Notes under the pieces: generated by a model | Database searches by the model: none | Seen by the model: the letters and a program-made list of their open reading frames with translations, nothing else | What the model was told of the DNA's origin: nothing | Position numbers and translations under genes: made by a program | Shown here: piece by piece, positions 29,380 through 39,430 of the stretch | Layout: every line of letters begins with the position of its first letter | How positions within the stretch are numbered: position 1 is the first letter of the stretch | NCBI GenBank assembly: GCA_030691735.1 | Contig: JAUYDS010000117.1 | Span: forward strand, 17,280 to 81,279 | DNA: 64,000 bases | Source: Candidatus Aminicenantes bacterium | GTDB lineage: Bacteria; Acidobacteriota; Aminicenantia; Aminicenantales; UBA4085 | Direction: 5' to 3'

Positions 29380-29404
29380 GGCGCCCTCGTCGGGGCGCCT
29401 TTTG
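29380..29404 (+). terminator. Probable intrinsic terminator or pause hairpin after corA
   Basis: AGGCGCCC-TCGTC-GGGGCGCCT followed by TTT. Confidence 0.55.
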
Positions 29405-29424
29405 GTTGAAGGAGAGGGCATATC

Positions 29425-29685
29425 ATGAAAAGTAGAACCGTCTTGATCCTTATCCTGATCGCGCTTTTCGCGGTCCTGCTCATCCAGAATTCAGAACTGG
29501 CCACGCTGCGGTTCTTTTTCTGGCCGATCTACGCCCCGCAGTTTATCCTGGTCTTCTTCATCTTCTTGATCGGATTTCTGGTCGGCTTCCTGGCGGCGAA
29601 GAGCAGTCGGAAAAAGGACGGGAAAAAAGAGGAACACGTCCCTCCGCCGGCGTCCCATCAGCCGCCGGCGAAACCGCAGCCATGA
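29425..29685 (+). CDS. LapA (DUF1049) family small membrane protein
   Basis: TM helix ending in QN, then L.FF.W and a second TM ending G.L.G; AAGGAG SD. Confidence 0.75.
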   Translation: MKSRTVLILILIALFAVLLIQNSELATLRFFFWPIYAPQFILVFFIFLIGFLVGFLAAKSSRKKDGKKEEHVPPPASHQPPAKPQP

Positions 29686-30275
29686 GAGCGGTTTTCAAGC
29701 ACCTCAAGACGTTCATTCTTCGGGGATTCCTGGCCATCATCCCCCTCGCCTTGTCTTTTATCGTCCTGCGCTTTTTCTATCTGGCCGTGGACCAGCGGGT
29801 CGCCCACATCATCGAGAAATGGATCGGGTTCAACGTCCCCGGCCTGGGGTTCGTCCTGGTCCTGGTGATTCTCTACCTGCTCGGGCTGGCCGCAAGCAAT
29901 TGGGCTGGCCGCGGATTCTTGAGCATGGTCGAGCGCATCTCGATGCGCATCCCGCTCGTCAAGACCATCTATCCCCTCGGCAAACAGATCGGAGCGGCCA
30001 TGGCCGTCCCCGAAAAAAATGCTTTTAAAAGAGTCGTGTTGGTGGAGCATTTCCGGCCCGGAGTCTGGTCGATCGGCTTCGTCACCGGCCATCTCGACGA
30101 TCCGCGGACCGGCGAGCGGCTCTTGAAGCTCTTCGTCCCCCAAGGCCCCAATCCGACGTCGGGATTCATGATCATCGTCAAAGAACCCCAGGTCCGGGAG
30201 ATCGGATGGAGCGTCGCGGAGGCGATGAACGCCGTGATCTCCGGCGGCCTATCCGGCCCCGATAAACTCGATTGA
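29682..30275 (+). CDS. DUF502 family membrane protein
   Basis: G....PL, PGLG, RIPLVK.IY, VVLVE, GFVT, FVP..PNPTSGF, ISGG. Confidence 0.9.
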   Translation: MRAVFKHLKTFILRGFLAIIPLALSFIVLRFFYLAVDQRVAHIIEKWIGFNVPGLGFVLVLVILYLLGLAASNWAGRGFLSMVERISMRIPLVKTIYPLGKQIGAAMAVPEKNAFKRVVLVEHFRPGVWSIGFVTGHLDDPRTGERLLKLFVPQGPNPTSGFMIIVKEPQVREIGWSVAEAMNAVISGGLSGPDKLD

Positions 30276-30297
30276 ACGGGGAGGTCCCGAAGGCTGT

Positions 30298-30387
30298 GGG
30301 GTCGCGTCTACACTTTCCACTTTCTCCTGCCGATCAAGCTGGATCCGAATTCATCTGGAAGAAAGTGGAAAGTGTAGACGCGACCCC
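30298..30387. repeat. Perfect 28-bp inverted repeat (REP/REPIN-like) between convergent genes
   Basis: GGGGTCGCGTCTACACTTTCCACTTTCT (30298-30325) and its reverse complement (30360-30387), 34-nt spacer. Confidence 0.9.
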
Positions 30388-30403
30388 GGCCTTTTCTCAA
30401 ACT

Positions 30404-30426
30404 GAATTCGGTATGTGTCTGCGAAT
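30404..30426. repeat. Repeat family C half-site
   Basis: GAATTCGGTATGTGTCTGCGAAT; one mismatch to the arm at 53368-53390. Confidence 0.75.
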
Positions 30427-30435
30427 GATCCCGGT

Positions 30436-31857
30436 CTATTCCTCATCCAGCTTGACGTTTCCCTGGTACATGGTCACGCCGTGCGGCGTCTTGCCCGAGA
30501 CCATGGCCGTGGATTTGGTGAAGAGCGGGTCGTCGTGGATGGCTTTGAGATATTCGTCGCGGAAGCGGGGATGGGTGATGTTGGCGATCGCCAACGCCTT
30601 TTCGCCGGCGGTCAGGCCGCGAACGTCGGCGATGCCGTACTCGGTGACGATGACCACGCCGTCGTACGAGGATGCGGTCAAACTCACCCCGGGCGGGTGG
30701 ACCATGGCGATCTTCGACTCGCCTTTTCCGGTGATGCTTTTCATGGTGATGATGGGCACGCCGTAGGCCGGATCGTTCAGGGCCCGGACGAAATCCGGCT
30801 GGCCGCCGACCCCGCTGTAATACCGGCGGGCGTCGACGAAATCGGCCCAGACGTTGCCGAGGAGGTCGACTCCCATAGCCGTGTTGATCGCGATGAAGGG
30901 GCTGTTCTTCCGGATGACCTCCTCGGAATTGGTCACGGCGCAGGGCCGCATCTGGATGCCCGCCCGCATGTGGACGTATTCGTAGAGCTCTTTGGAGCCC
31001 ATGATGAGGGCGGTCGTGCTGTAGCCCATGTCCTGTTTCTTCTTCCGGTTCGTGACGATCCCCGCTTTCTGGAGGGTCATCAATCCGTCGCCGTAGAGCT
31101 CCGTCTGGATGCCGAGGTCCCGGTAGTTCGCCTCTTTGATGATCCCGACGACCGCGTCGGGGATCCGGCCGATGCCGACCTGCAGCGTTGCGCCGTCGAC
31201 GATGAAATATTTGGCGATGAGCTCCCCGATCCGCTTCTCGGCGGCGGGGAGGTTGTCGAAGTCCGGGGCCGGGAAATCATAGACGGGTTTGACCCGGTCG
31301 TCGTCGACGAGGAAATCGATGGATTGGGCGTCGACGATGCTCTGCCCCTGAGTGAACGGCATGCTGAAATCCATTTCGGCGATGACGCACTTGGCCTGGT
31401 CGATGGCGGTATGGATGGCTTCGACGGACAATCCCAAGCTGTATTCGCCGGTGATCTCGTGAGGCCGGATCTTGACGATGGCGATATCGGGTTCGTACTC
31501 CCGGCCCTTGGCGATGAGGCTGTCGATATTGGCCAGCGTGCAGGGCAGATAATAGGCGCGCCCCTCGTTGGCGGCTTTGCGGACATCGCCCGTGGAAAAG
31601 ATGGAATAGGCCAGGATCCGGTCCTGCAGCCCTTTTTCGACGTAGGGCACCGGTCCTTGAAGCAGGAGGTGGACCATCCGGATGAAGGGGAGCTTTGGCT
31701 GGCCGGCCTTGATCGCAGCGGTCAGGAAGTCGAGACAGGCCGTCGGCGTGGCGGCGTTCGAGCCGAGGTAGCAGGTGATCGTCTCCTTGTGGCGGAAATC
31801 ACGGGAGATGACCTCGGCCACATCTTCGAGCTTGATGACGGCGGGTTGATAATGCAT
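30436..31857 (-). CDS. Acetyl-CoA hydrolase/4-hydroxybutyrate CoA-transferase family protein
   Basis: DGATLQVGIGRIPDAV, LGIQTE (catalytic Glu), SGVGGQPDF, IVTEYGIAD. Confidence 0.9.
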   Translation of the reverse strand: MHYQPAVIKLEDVAEVISRDFRHKETITCYLGSNAATPTACLDFLTAAIKAGQPKLPFIRMVHLLLQGPVPYVEKGLQDRILAYSIFSTGDVRKAANEGRAYYLPCTLANIDSLIAKGREYEPDIAIVKIRPHEITGEYSLGLSVEAIHTAIDQAKCVIAEMDFSMPFTQGQSIVDAQSIDFLVDDDRVKPVYDFPAPDFDNLPAAEKRIGELIAKYFIVDGATLQVGIGRIPDAVVGIIKEANYRDLGIQTELYGDGLMTLQKAGIVTNRKKKQDMGYSTTALIMGSKELYEYVHMRAGIQMRPCAVTNSEEVIRKNSPFIAINTAMGVDLLGNVWADFVDARRYYSGVGGQPDFVRALNDPAYGVPIITMKSITGKGESKIAMVHPPGVSLTASSYDGVVIVTEYGIADVRGLTAGEKALAIANITHPRFRDEYLKAIHDDPLFTKSTAMVSGKTPHGVTMYQGNVKLDEE

Positions 31858-31994
31858 TCATGAACTCCAAAAAAATGATCAAAGTGGATGATAGCGGCGG
31901 TCTTTAAAATACCTAAAAATAAGGTCTCGCGCAAGCTCTTTTCAAGGCGGTCGAATCGGGTTATGATGGGGACGAATCAAGCGGAGCCCGATCC

Positions 31995-32831
31995 ATGATG
32001 ACCTTTGGAAAGTTCGAAATTTCGGTTCACAACCACGGCTTCCTGGGCTTGGACGGAGGGGCGATGTTCGGCTCGGTCCCCAAGAGCATCTGGTCGAGCC
32101 TGATCCCCACCGATGAGGAGAACCGCATCCGGCTGGCCACCCGGTCTCTCCTCGTCCGGGCGGACGATCGCGTTTTTATGGTCGATGCCGGGAACGGGGA
32201 CAAGTGGACGGACAAGTTCCGCCGGATCTTTACCATCGAAGGACCCGCGCTCGGCGAACCCGCCCTCGATTCCGCCGCCGTGACCGACATCATCATCACC
32301 CATCTTCATTTCGATCACGCGGGCGGGATGTCGCGGTTCGCCCCGGGCGGCTCGCGAGAGGTCGAGCTCTGTTACCCGGCCGCCCGCGTCTATGTTCAGG
32401 CCGACAATGTCGAGACCGCCCGGCGTCCGAATCCGCGCGAGCGGGCCAGCTACCTGAAGGAAGATGTCCTGGCCGTGGAACGGTCGCGATTGGAACTGAC
32501 GCGCGGCACGCAGGAGATCTGCCCCGGCGTCTGGGTCCATCAAGGGAACGGCCATACGCGCGGACTGCAGTGGGTCGAAGTCAAAGACGGCGGAAAAACC
32601 ATCGCCTACCCCAGCGACATGATCCCGACCTCCCGCCATCTGCCGCTCCCGTACATGATGGGCTACGATATGTGCGTCGAGACGCTTCTCGCGGAGAAGG
32701 AGGATTTCCTCCGCCGCGCGGTCGAGAACGACTGGCTCGTCGTGTTCGAACACGATCCGGACATCCCCGCCGCCCGCCTTAAAGTGGACGACCGAGGCCA
32801 CTTCTCCGTCCGGGAGATCGTCCGGTTTTAG
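31995..32831 (+). CDS. MBL-fold metallo-hydrolase (YtnP-like)
   Basis: LDGGAMFG.VPK, THLHFDHAGG, GHT.G, MGYD, FEHD. Confidence 0.92.
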   Translation: MMTFGKFEISVHNHGFLGLDGGAMFGSVPKSIWSSLIPTDEENRIRLATRSLLVRADDRVFMVDAGNGDKWTDKFRRIFTIEGPALGEPALDSAAVTDIIITHLHFDHAGGMSRFAPGGSREVELCYPAARVYVQADNVETARRPNPRERASYLKEDVLAVERSRLELTRGTQEICPGVWVHQGNGHTRGLQWVEVKDGGKTIAYPSDMIPTSRHLPLPYMMGYDMCVETLLAEKEDFLRRAVENDWLVVFEHDPDIPAARLKVDDRGHFSVREIVRF

Positions 32832-32861
32832 CCTGTTCTCAAAGCGACCGATAAGCGAAAG

Positions 32862-32903
32862 GGGGACGGTTCTATTTTTTTTCTCAAAAATAGAACCGTC
32901 CCC
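32862..32903. repeat. 18-bp perfect hairpin (REP-like, probable terminator)
   Basis: GGGGACGGTTCTATTTTT / AAAAATAGAACCGTCCCC followed by TTTTTT. Confidence 0.8.
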
Positions 32904-32924
32904 TTTTTTCCTCCCTTTTCCGCC

Positions 32925-32954
32925 TTGACATCGGTCGTCCTCTGGCGATATATT
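32925..32954 (+). promoter_or_regulatory. Putative sigma70 promoter of the meaB-icm operon
   Basis: TTGACA-18 bp-TATATT. Confidence 0.5.
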
Positions 32955-33004
32955 CATCCCGTTAGCAGCGGATTCATATCGGTCTCGACAGGAATTATCA
33001 ATTC

Positions 33005-34021
33005 GTGAGAACAGGCGCTTCCATCGGCCGTTCCCTCGGGCCGAAGCTCTGGGATGATTTTTTCAAAGGCAGCCGTCTGGCCTGCGCCCGCCTGATCACC
33101 TTGGTCGAAAATTTCCCGGAATCGGTTCCGGAGATCCGGGACAAGCTGATCCCTCGTCAGAAAGGGGCGATCCGCGTCGGGATCACCGGACCTCCGGGCG
33201 TCGGGAAGAGCACGGTCACGGCCGCCCTGGCGCGACGCGCGGTCAAGGCCGGCCATACCGTCGGCATTATCGCCGTGGATCCCACGAGCCCCTTCACCGG
33301 GGGGGCCTTCCTGGGAGACCGCGTCCGCATGCAGAGCCTCATCGGCGACCCGCATATTTTTATCCGCTCTATGGCCAGCCGGGACGGGCACGGCGGCCTT
33401 TCCCCGTCCACGCCGTACGTGGCGGACGTTTTCGACGCCTTCGGGATGGACCGGATCTTCATCGAGACCGTCGGTGTCGGCCAGGCGGAGCTCGACGTCC
33501 TGACCTGCGCCGATCTCATCGTTCTCGTCCTGCAGCCCGCTACGGGCGATATCATCCAGGCCCTCAAGGCCGGCATCATCGAAGCAGCCGATCTTCTTCT
33601 CATCAATAAATCCGATCTCTCCGGCACCGAATCCCTGTTAGAATCCTTCCGCTTCCTGTTCGAGATCAGCGCCCGGCCCAAGGCGATCGCCGCCCCTCCG
33701 GTCCTAACCGCCTCGGCCCTCCACAACAAAGGCCTGGACGAGGTTTATAAAGAAGTGGAGCAGCTGATCCACGGGCATGTCGAGTCAGGGAGGATCCGGG
33801 AAAAGAAGCGCCTGCGTCTCGAGGGGGAGATGAAGTCCTCCGTTCTCCAAGACCTGTGGGGCCGCTTTTCGGCGCTGACCAACGCCCCCGAGGAAATGAG
33901 GACGGCAGCCGAAGACCTCCTCAAGAACGGCCGGTCGCCCTATCCTTTTATTCGAAATCTCTGCGCCCGGATCACAATGGAGATCCGGGATGAAAGGACC
34001 AACCGTAAAGACCATGGATAA
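33005..34021 (+). CDS. meaB: MeaB/ArgK GTPase chaperone of B12-dependent mutases
   Basis: [43 protein letters not shown]. Confidence 0.94.
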   Translation: MRTGASIGRSLGPKLWDDFFKGSRLACARLITLVENFPESVPEIRDKLIPRQKGAIRVGITGPPGVGKSTVTAALARRAVKAGHTVGIIAVDPTSPFTGGAFLGDRVRMQSLIGDPHIFIRSMASRDGHGGLSPSTPYVADVFDAFGMDRIFIETVGVGQAELDVLTCADLIVLVLQPATGDIIQALKAGIIEAADLLLINKSDLSGTESLLESFRFLFEISARPKAIAAPPVLTASALHNKGLDEVYKEVEQLIHGHVESGRIREKKRLRLEGEMKSSVLQDLWGRFSALTNAPEEMRTAAEDLLKNGRSPYPFIRNLCARITMEIRDERTNRKDHG

Positions 34022-35648
34022 GAAAGCCTGGGAGAAGAAATTCCGCGATTCCGGCCTGCGGGAAGCGGATTTTTCGACGATCTCCGGTCGGCCCCTCGAA
34101 CCGCTCTATGACTGGGACGATCTGGCCGATCTCAACGTCAAAAAAGAGCTCGCCTACCCGGGCGAGTATCCTTACACGCGAGGGGTCCATCCCTCCATGT
34201 ATCGCGGCAAGCTCTGGACCATGCGCCAGTTCGCCGGGATGGGCACGCCTCAGCAGACCAACCAAAGGTACAAATTCCTCCTGGAGAAGGGCCAGACCGG
34301 ACTCTCGGTCGCCTTCGACAATCCGACGCTCTACGGCTGGGATTCGGACCACGCCCTGTCGATCGGCGAGGTCGGGAAGACGGGCGTCGCGGTTGATACG
34401 ATGGAGGACATGGAGATCCTCTTTGACGAGATCCCTCTCGACAAGGTTTCGACCTCCATGACCATCAACGCCCCCGCCTCGTGGATCTTCGCCATGTTCC
34501 TGGCCAACGCCGAGAAGCGCCATATCCCGTTCGCCAAGCTCCGCGGGACTCTCCAGAACGACATCCTGAAGGAATATATCGCCCAGAAGGAATGGATCTT
34601 TCCCCCGGAGCCCCACCTGCGCCTGATCACGGACCTGATGGCCTTCTGCGCGGACCACGTCCCGCAGTGGAACACGATCTCCATCAGCGGCTATCATATC
34701 CGCGAAGCGGGGTCCACGGCCGCCCAGGAGCTGGCCTTCACCCTGGCCGACGGATTCGCCTACGTGGAGTACGCCCTGCGGGCGGGGCTGGACATCGACG
34801 ACTTCGCCCCCCGCCTGTCGTTCTTTTTCAACGCCCATCTGGATTTCTTCGAGGAGATCGCCAAGCTGCGGGCCGCCCGGCGGATCTGGGCCCGGCACAT
34901 GAAGGAGAGATACAAGGCCAAGAATCCCCGCTCCTGGCTGTGCCGGTTCCATGTTCAGACGGCCGGCTGCAGCCTGACGGCCCAACAGCCCGAGATCAAC
35001 ATCGTCCGGACGGCGCTCGAAGCGCTGGCGGGGGTGCTCGGCGGATGCCAGAGCCTGCACACGAATTCCATGGACGAGGCCCTGGCCTTGCCGTCCGAAA
35101 AGGCGGTCGAGATCGCCCTGCGCACGCAGCAGGTCATCGCCTTCGAAAGCGGGGCGGCCAACGTCATCGACCCTCTCGGCGGATCATATTTCGTCGAGAA
35201 GCTGACCAACGAGCTGGAGGAGGAAGCGGAGCGGTATTTCCGGAAGATCGAAGAGCTCGGGGGGGTGGTCCCGGCGATCGAGAAGGGGTTCTTCCAGCGG
35301 GAGATCACCCGAGCCGCCTATGAATACCAGATGGCGCTATCACGAAAAAGGAAGATCTCCGTCGGCGTCAACGAATTCGTCAACGAGGACGAGAAGCTGG
35401 AGATCCCCCTTTTAGAGATCGACGAATCGGTCGAAAAGGACCAGATCAGGCGCCTGGGGGAGGTCCGCAGGAGACGCGACAACGGCGCGGTCCGGGCTAA
35501 GCTGGGGGCGCTGGAAAAAGCGGCTGCCGGGACGGCGAACCTGACCCCGTTCCTGTTGGACTGCGCTCGCGTCTACGCCACGTTAGGCGAGATCAGCGCC
35601 GCGCTGATCAGCGTCTTCGGCGAATATCAGGAGCAACCGTTTTTTTAG
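33990..35648 (+). CDS. icmA: AdoCbl-dependent acyl-CoA mutase large subunit, isobutyryl-CoA mutase-like
   Basis: [17 protein letters not shown] (Phe at MCM Tyr89), [13 protein letters not shown] (Gln at MCM Arg207), SGYHIREAG; no B12 domain. Alternative start at 34014. Confidence 0.85.
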   Translation: MKGPTVKTMDKKAWEKKFRDSGLREADFSTISGRPLEPLYDWDDLADLNVKKELAYPGEYPYTRGVHPSMYRGKLWTMRQFAGMGTPQQTNQRYKFLLEKGQTGLSVAFDNPTLYGWDSDHALSIGEVGKTGVAVDTMEDMEILFDEIPLDKVSTSMTINAPASWIFAMFLANAEKRHIPFAKLRGTLQNDILKEYIAQKEWIFPPEPHLRLITDLMAFCADHVPQWNTISISGYHIREAGSTAAQELAFTLADGFAYVEYALRAGLDIDDFAPRLSFFFNAHLDFFEEIAKLRAARRIWARHMKERYKAKNPRSWLCRFHVQTAGCSLTAQQPEINIVRTALEALAGVLGGCQSLHTNSMDEALALPSEKAVEIALRTQQVIAFESGAANVIDPLGGSYFVEKLTNELEEEAERYFRKIEELGGVVPAIEKGFFQREITRAAYEYQMALSRKRKISVGVNEFVNEDEKLEIPLLEIDESVEKDQIRRLGEVRRRRDNGAVRAKLGALEKAAAGTANLTPFLLDCARVYATLGEISAALISVFGEYQEQPFF

Positions 35649-35671
35649 GATCGGAGCGAGAGGTAGGAACA

Positions 35672-36079
35672 ATGGCTGACAAAAAGATCAAGATCATCAT
35701 CGCCAAGCCCGGACTCGACGGTCACGACCGCGGGGCCAAGGTGGTCGCCCGCGCCCTCGTCGAGGCGGGAATGGAGGTCGTGTATCTCGGGCTGCGCCAG
35801 ACGCCGGAGTCCATCGTCAACGCCGCCCTCGAGGAGGACGCCGACGTCGTCGGCCTCTCGATCCTGTCCGGAGCCCATATGACCCATTTCAAACGGGTTA
35901 AGGAGCTCATGGACAAGAACGGGCTGGGCGACCGTCTCCTGACCGGCGGCGGGATCATCCCCACGAAGGACCAGGACAAACTGAAGGAACTGGGCGTCGG
36001 GAAGGTCTTCGGTCCCGGGGACGACCTCCAGGCCATCGTGGATTACATCCGGACGTGGCGCGGCTCGGGGGGAGCCTGA
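35672..36079 (+). CDS. icmB: Cobalamin-binding small subunit of the acyl-CoA mutase
   Basis: [14 protein letters not shown] (DxHxxG), SILSGAH, GGGIIP. Confidence 0.9.
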   Translation: MADKKIKIIIAKPGLDGHDRGAKVVARALVEAGMEVVYLGLRQTPESIVNAALEEDADVVGLSILSGAHMTHFKRVKELMDKNGLGDRLLTGGGIIPTKDQDKLKELGVGKVFGPGDDLQAIVDYIRTWRGSGGA

Positions 36080-36131
36080 CGAACCGAATGGATTTCATAA
36101 GAATCATAAATCATGACAAGGAGGAGCACTC

Positions 36132-37274
36132 ATGGATTTTGAACTCAGCGAAGAACAGAAGATGGTCATCGAGGAGGCGAAGAAGTTCGCCGAGAAGAAA
36201 CTCGCTCCCGTCGTCGAGAAGCTGGACGAGAGGCAGGAGGTCAACCTCACCGCTCTGAAGGAATTGGGGGAGCTGGGCTATCTGGGCATGACCGTCCCCG
36301 AGGAATACGGCGGGACGAACCTTGGGGCCATCCCCTATGTCGGGGCCATGATCGAGTTCAGCAAGGTGGACGCCGGCACGGCCGTCGGCGTGTCCGTGCA
36401 GAACTCATTGGTCAACGATGCCATCGTCATGTTCGGGACGGAAGAGCAGAAAAAGAAATACCTGCCCAAGCTGGTCACGGGGGAGTGGCTTGGCTGCTTC
36501 TCGCTGACGGAGGCGGGCGCCGGCAGCGACCCCGGATCGCTCCGCGCTTCGGCCGTCCGCGACGGCGATCATTTCGTCCTGAACGGGACCAAGAATTTCA
36601 CGACCAACGGCGGATTCGCGGACGTCATCATCGCCTTCCTCCAAACGGACAAGGAAAAAGGGGCCAAGGGGATCTCGGCCTTTATCATCCCGAACACGGC
36701 CCCGGGTTTTTCCGTCGGGAAGCACGAGAACAAGCTGGGGATCCGCACATCGAGCACGACGGAAATGGTCTTCACCGACTGCCGCGTCCCGGCCGACCAT
36801 CTCTTGGGCAAGGAGAACAAGGGCCTGAACATCGCCCTGGCCACCCTGGACTGCGGCCGCATCGGCATCGCGGCCCAGGCCGTCGGGATCGCCGAGGCCG
36901 CCCTGGAGGAGGCCGTCAAGTACGCCAAGGAGCGGACCCAGTTCGGCCAGAAGCTGGCCGATTTCCAGGCGCTCCAGTTCATGCTGGCCGACATGGCCGT
37001 GGACGTGGAGGTGGCCAAGGCCATGCTCTACCGCGCCGCCTGGCTGAAGGACTCCGGAAAAAAATTTACGAAGGAATCGGCCATCATCAAATTGTTCGCC
37101 TCGGAAATGTCCCACCGGGTCTGTCATAAGGCCCTCCAGATCCACGGCGGCTATGGTTTCATGAAGGACTACAAAGTGGAACGGCTGTATCGCGACCAGC
37201 GGATCACGGAGATCTACGAGGGCACGTCGGAGATCCAGCGGGTCGTGATCGCCCGGTCGCTCTTGATGGACTAA
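36132..37274 (+). CDS. Short-chain (butyryl-CoA-type) acyl-CoA dehydrogenase
   Basis: FSLTEAGAGSD, GTKNFTTNG, KLGIR, GRIGIAAQAVG, IYEGTSEIQ. Confidence 0.93.
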   Translation: MDFELSEEQKMVIEEAKKFAEKKLAPVVEKLDERQEVNLTALKELGELGYLGMTVPEEYGGTNLGAIPYVGAMIEFSKVDAGTAVGVSVQNSLVNDAIVMFGTEEQKKKYLPKLVTGEWLGCFSLTEAGAGSDPGSLRASAVRDGDHFVLNGTKNFTTNGGFADVIIAFLQTDKEKGAKGISAFIIPNTAPGFSVGKHENKLGIRTSSTTEMVFTDCRVPADHLLGKENKGLNIALATLDCGRIGIAAQAVGIAEAALEEAVKYAKERTQFGQKLADFQALQFMLADMAVDVEVAKAMLYRAAWLKDSGKKFTKESAIIKLFASEMSHRVCHKALQIHGGYGFMKDYKVERLYRDQRITEIYEGTSEIQRVVIARSLLMD

Positions 37275-37285
37275 GGAGGTTCGCC

Positions 37286-38059
37286 ATGAATTATGAAATT
37301 CTGAAAATGGAAGCGGCCGACGGCGTCGCCGTCGTCACGGTCTCCCGGCCCCAGGCCCTCAACGCCCTGAACACCCGCTTCTTCCAGGAGATGGATTCAC
37401 TCCTTGGCGAGATTGCCGAACGGGACGAGATCAAGGTCGTCGTCCTCACCGGCGAGGGCAAAGCCTTCGTCGCCGGGGCCGACATCGCCGAGATGGTCCA
37501 CAAGACGCAGAGTGAGGGCCAGGCTTTTTCGATCATGGGCCAGAAAACATTCCGGGGCCTGGAGTTTCTCGAGAAGCCGGTGATCGCGGCGATCAACGGC
37601 TTCGCTCTCGGCGGAGGGCTGGAACTGGCCCTGGCCTGCGACCTCCGCATCGCCAGCGCCAAAGCTAAATTCGGCCAGCCCGAGGTCAACCTGGGACTGA
37701 TCCCCGGCTACGCCGCGACGCAGCGGTTGCCCCGGCTCATCGGCCTGGGCAACGCCTTCTTCCTGCTCATGACGGGCGAAATGGTCGGCGCCGAGGACGC
37801 CCTGCGAATGGGACTGGTCCAAAAGGTCGTCGAGCCCGAACAGCTTTTGCCCACGGTCCTGGCCTTGGCCAAGACGATCGCCGCCAAGGGCCCCAAGGCC
37901 GTCAAGCTGGTCAAGCACGTCGTCCGCGTCGGATCCCTGATGGATTTCGAGTCGGGCTGCGCTTTGGAATCGGAGAAGTTCGGCTCCTTGTTCGAGAACG
38001 AAGGGGCCGAAGGGATGCGGGCCTTCCTCGAAAAACGCGCGCCGAAATGGACAGCCTGA
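37286..38059 (+). CDS. Enoyl-CoA hydratase (crotonase)
   Basis: RPQALNALN, AFVAGADI, GFALGGGLE, GQPEVNLG. Confidence 0.93.
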   Translation: MNYEILKMEAADGVAVVTVSRPQALNALNTRFFQEMDSLLGEIAERDEIKVVVLTGEGKAFVAGADIAEMVHKTQSEGQAFSIMGQKTFRGLEFLEKPVIAAINGFALGGGLELALACDLRIASAKAKFGQPEVNLGLIPGYAATQRLPRLIGLGNAFFLLMTGEMVGAEDALRMGLVQKVVEPEQLLPTVLALAKTIAAKGPKAVKLVKHVVRVGSLMDFESGCALESEKFGSLFENEGAEGMRAFLEKRAPKWTA

Positions 38060-38081
38060 TCCTTTAGGGAAGGAGAACGAC

Positions 38082-39419
38082 ATGAACTACGCGGATCGAT
38101 TGGAGAACGTCGCCGTTCTGGGCGCTGCCGGAAAGATGGGCAGCGGCATCGTCCTGCTCACGGCCATGGAGATGGCCGACCTGAAACTGGAGGCTGGGGC
38201 CGTCGCCAAGGACTATGTCTTGCAGGCCATCGATGTCTCACCGAAGGGCCTCTCGGGCTTGATCCAATATCTTCGCGACCAGGTCCTGCGGGCCGCGGAG
38301 AAAAAAGCCGTCGGACTGCGGAAGGCTTATGAGGGCCGCCAGGACCTGGTCGAGAACGAGGACATCGTCAATCAGTACGTCGAGGACGTCTTGTCCGTCG
38401 TTCGTCCGACGACCAAGATCGAGGCGGCCTATGACGCCGGGATCGTCTTCGAGGCCGTCAGCGAAAACCCTGAGCTCAAGGTCAAGCTCCTGTCCCAGAT
38501 CAAAGCGAACAACACCAAGAACGCCCTGTTCCTGACCAACACCTCGTCCATCCCGATCTCCGAGCTGAACGACAAGGTCAAGCTCGACGGCCGCATCATC
38601 GGCTTCCACTTTTACAATCCTCCGGCCGTCCAAAAGCTCGTCGAGATCATCCGGGCGGAGGCCACGGTCCCCGACCTGGCCGATTTCGCGACGCAGTTCG
38701 CCAAGAAGCTGCGAAAGACCGTCGTGCCCTCGCACGATGTGGCCGGGTTCATCGGGAACGGGCACTTCATGCGGGACGCCCTGCACGGGATCGCCGAGGC
38801 CGAGAAGCTGGCCGCGGATATGACTCTTGCCGACGCCGTTTATGTCGTCAATAAGGTCAGCCAGGACTTCCTGATCCGGCCCATGGGGATCTTTCAGTTG
38901 ATCGATTATGTCGGCGTGGACGTCTGCCAGTATATTTTGAAAGTGATGAACGACCGGATGCCCGGAGCGAAGCTCCACAGCGCCCTCCTGGACCGAGTCG
39001 CGGCGCTCGGCGTGCTGGGCGGCCAGTTCGCCGACGGCTCGCAGAAGGACGGCTTTCTCAAGTATGGGAAAGGACGGCCGACGGGAGTCTTCAATCCGGA
39101 TAAAAAAGCCTATGTCCCCGTCGCCGAGATCGCCGCGCGGCGCGACGAAAAGCTCGGACCCCAGCCGGCTCAGGCCAAGCCCTGGAAGCAGGTCATCTCG
39201 CTCGCCGACAAGGCGGCTTTCCTGGACGGATATTTCAACGAGCTGCGGGAGATGACCACGCCTGGGGCGGAGCTGGCCCGGACCTACGGCCGGCGGTCCA
39301 AGGACATCGGACTCGGCCTGGTCAAGGACCGCGTTGCCGCCCGGGACGAGGACGTCAATACCGTCCTGCTCACGGGCTTCTACCACGCCTACGGCCCGAT
39401 CAATCATTATTTCGACTGA
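38082..39419 (+). CDS. 3-hydroxyacyl-CoA dehydrogenase (long form)
   Basis: GAAGKMG Rossmann motif, EAVSE, TNTSSIPI, GFHFYNPP, GFIGN, PMGIF.L.DYVG. Confidence 0.88.
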   Translation: MNYADRLENVAVLGAAGKMGSGIVLLTAMEMADLKLEAGAVAKDYVLQAIDVSPKGLSGLIQYLRDQVLRAAEKKAVGLRKAYEGRQDLVENEDIVNQYVEDVLSVVRPTTKIEAAYDAGIVFEAVSENPELKVKLLSQIKANNTKNALFLTNTSSIPISELNDKVKLDGRIIGFHFYNPPAVQKLVEIIRAEATVPDLADFATQFAKKLRKTVVPSHDVAGFIGNGHFMRDALHGIAEAEKLAADMTLADAVYVVNKVSQDFLIRPMGIFQLIDYVGVDVCQYILKVMNDRMPGAKLHSALLDRVAALGVLGGQFADGSQKDGFLKYGKGRPTGVFNPDKKAYVPVAEIAARRDEKLGPQPAQAKPWKQVISLADKAAFLDGYFNELREMTTPGAELARTYGRRSKDIGLGLVKDRVAARDEDVNTVLLTGFYHAYGPINHYFD

Positions 39420-39430
39420 GAGGGAAGACA

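Noticed and set aside
30272-30766. 164-aa ORF following DUF502
   Set aside because: Runs through the inverted repeat and antisense into the CoA-transferase gene.
33990-35648. Methylmalonyl-CoA mutase
   Set aside because: Phe/Gln replace the Tyr89/Arg207 carboxylate-binding residues.
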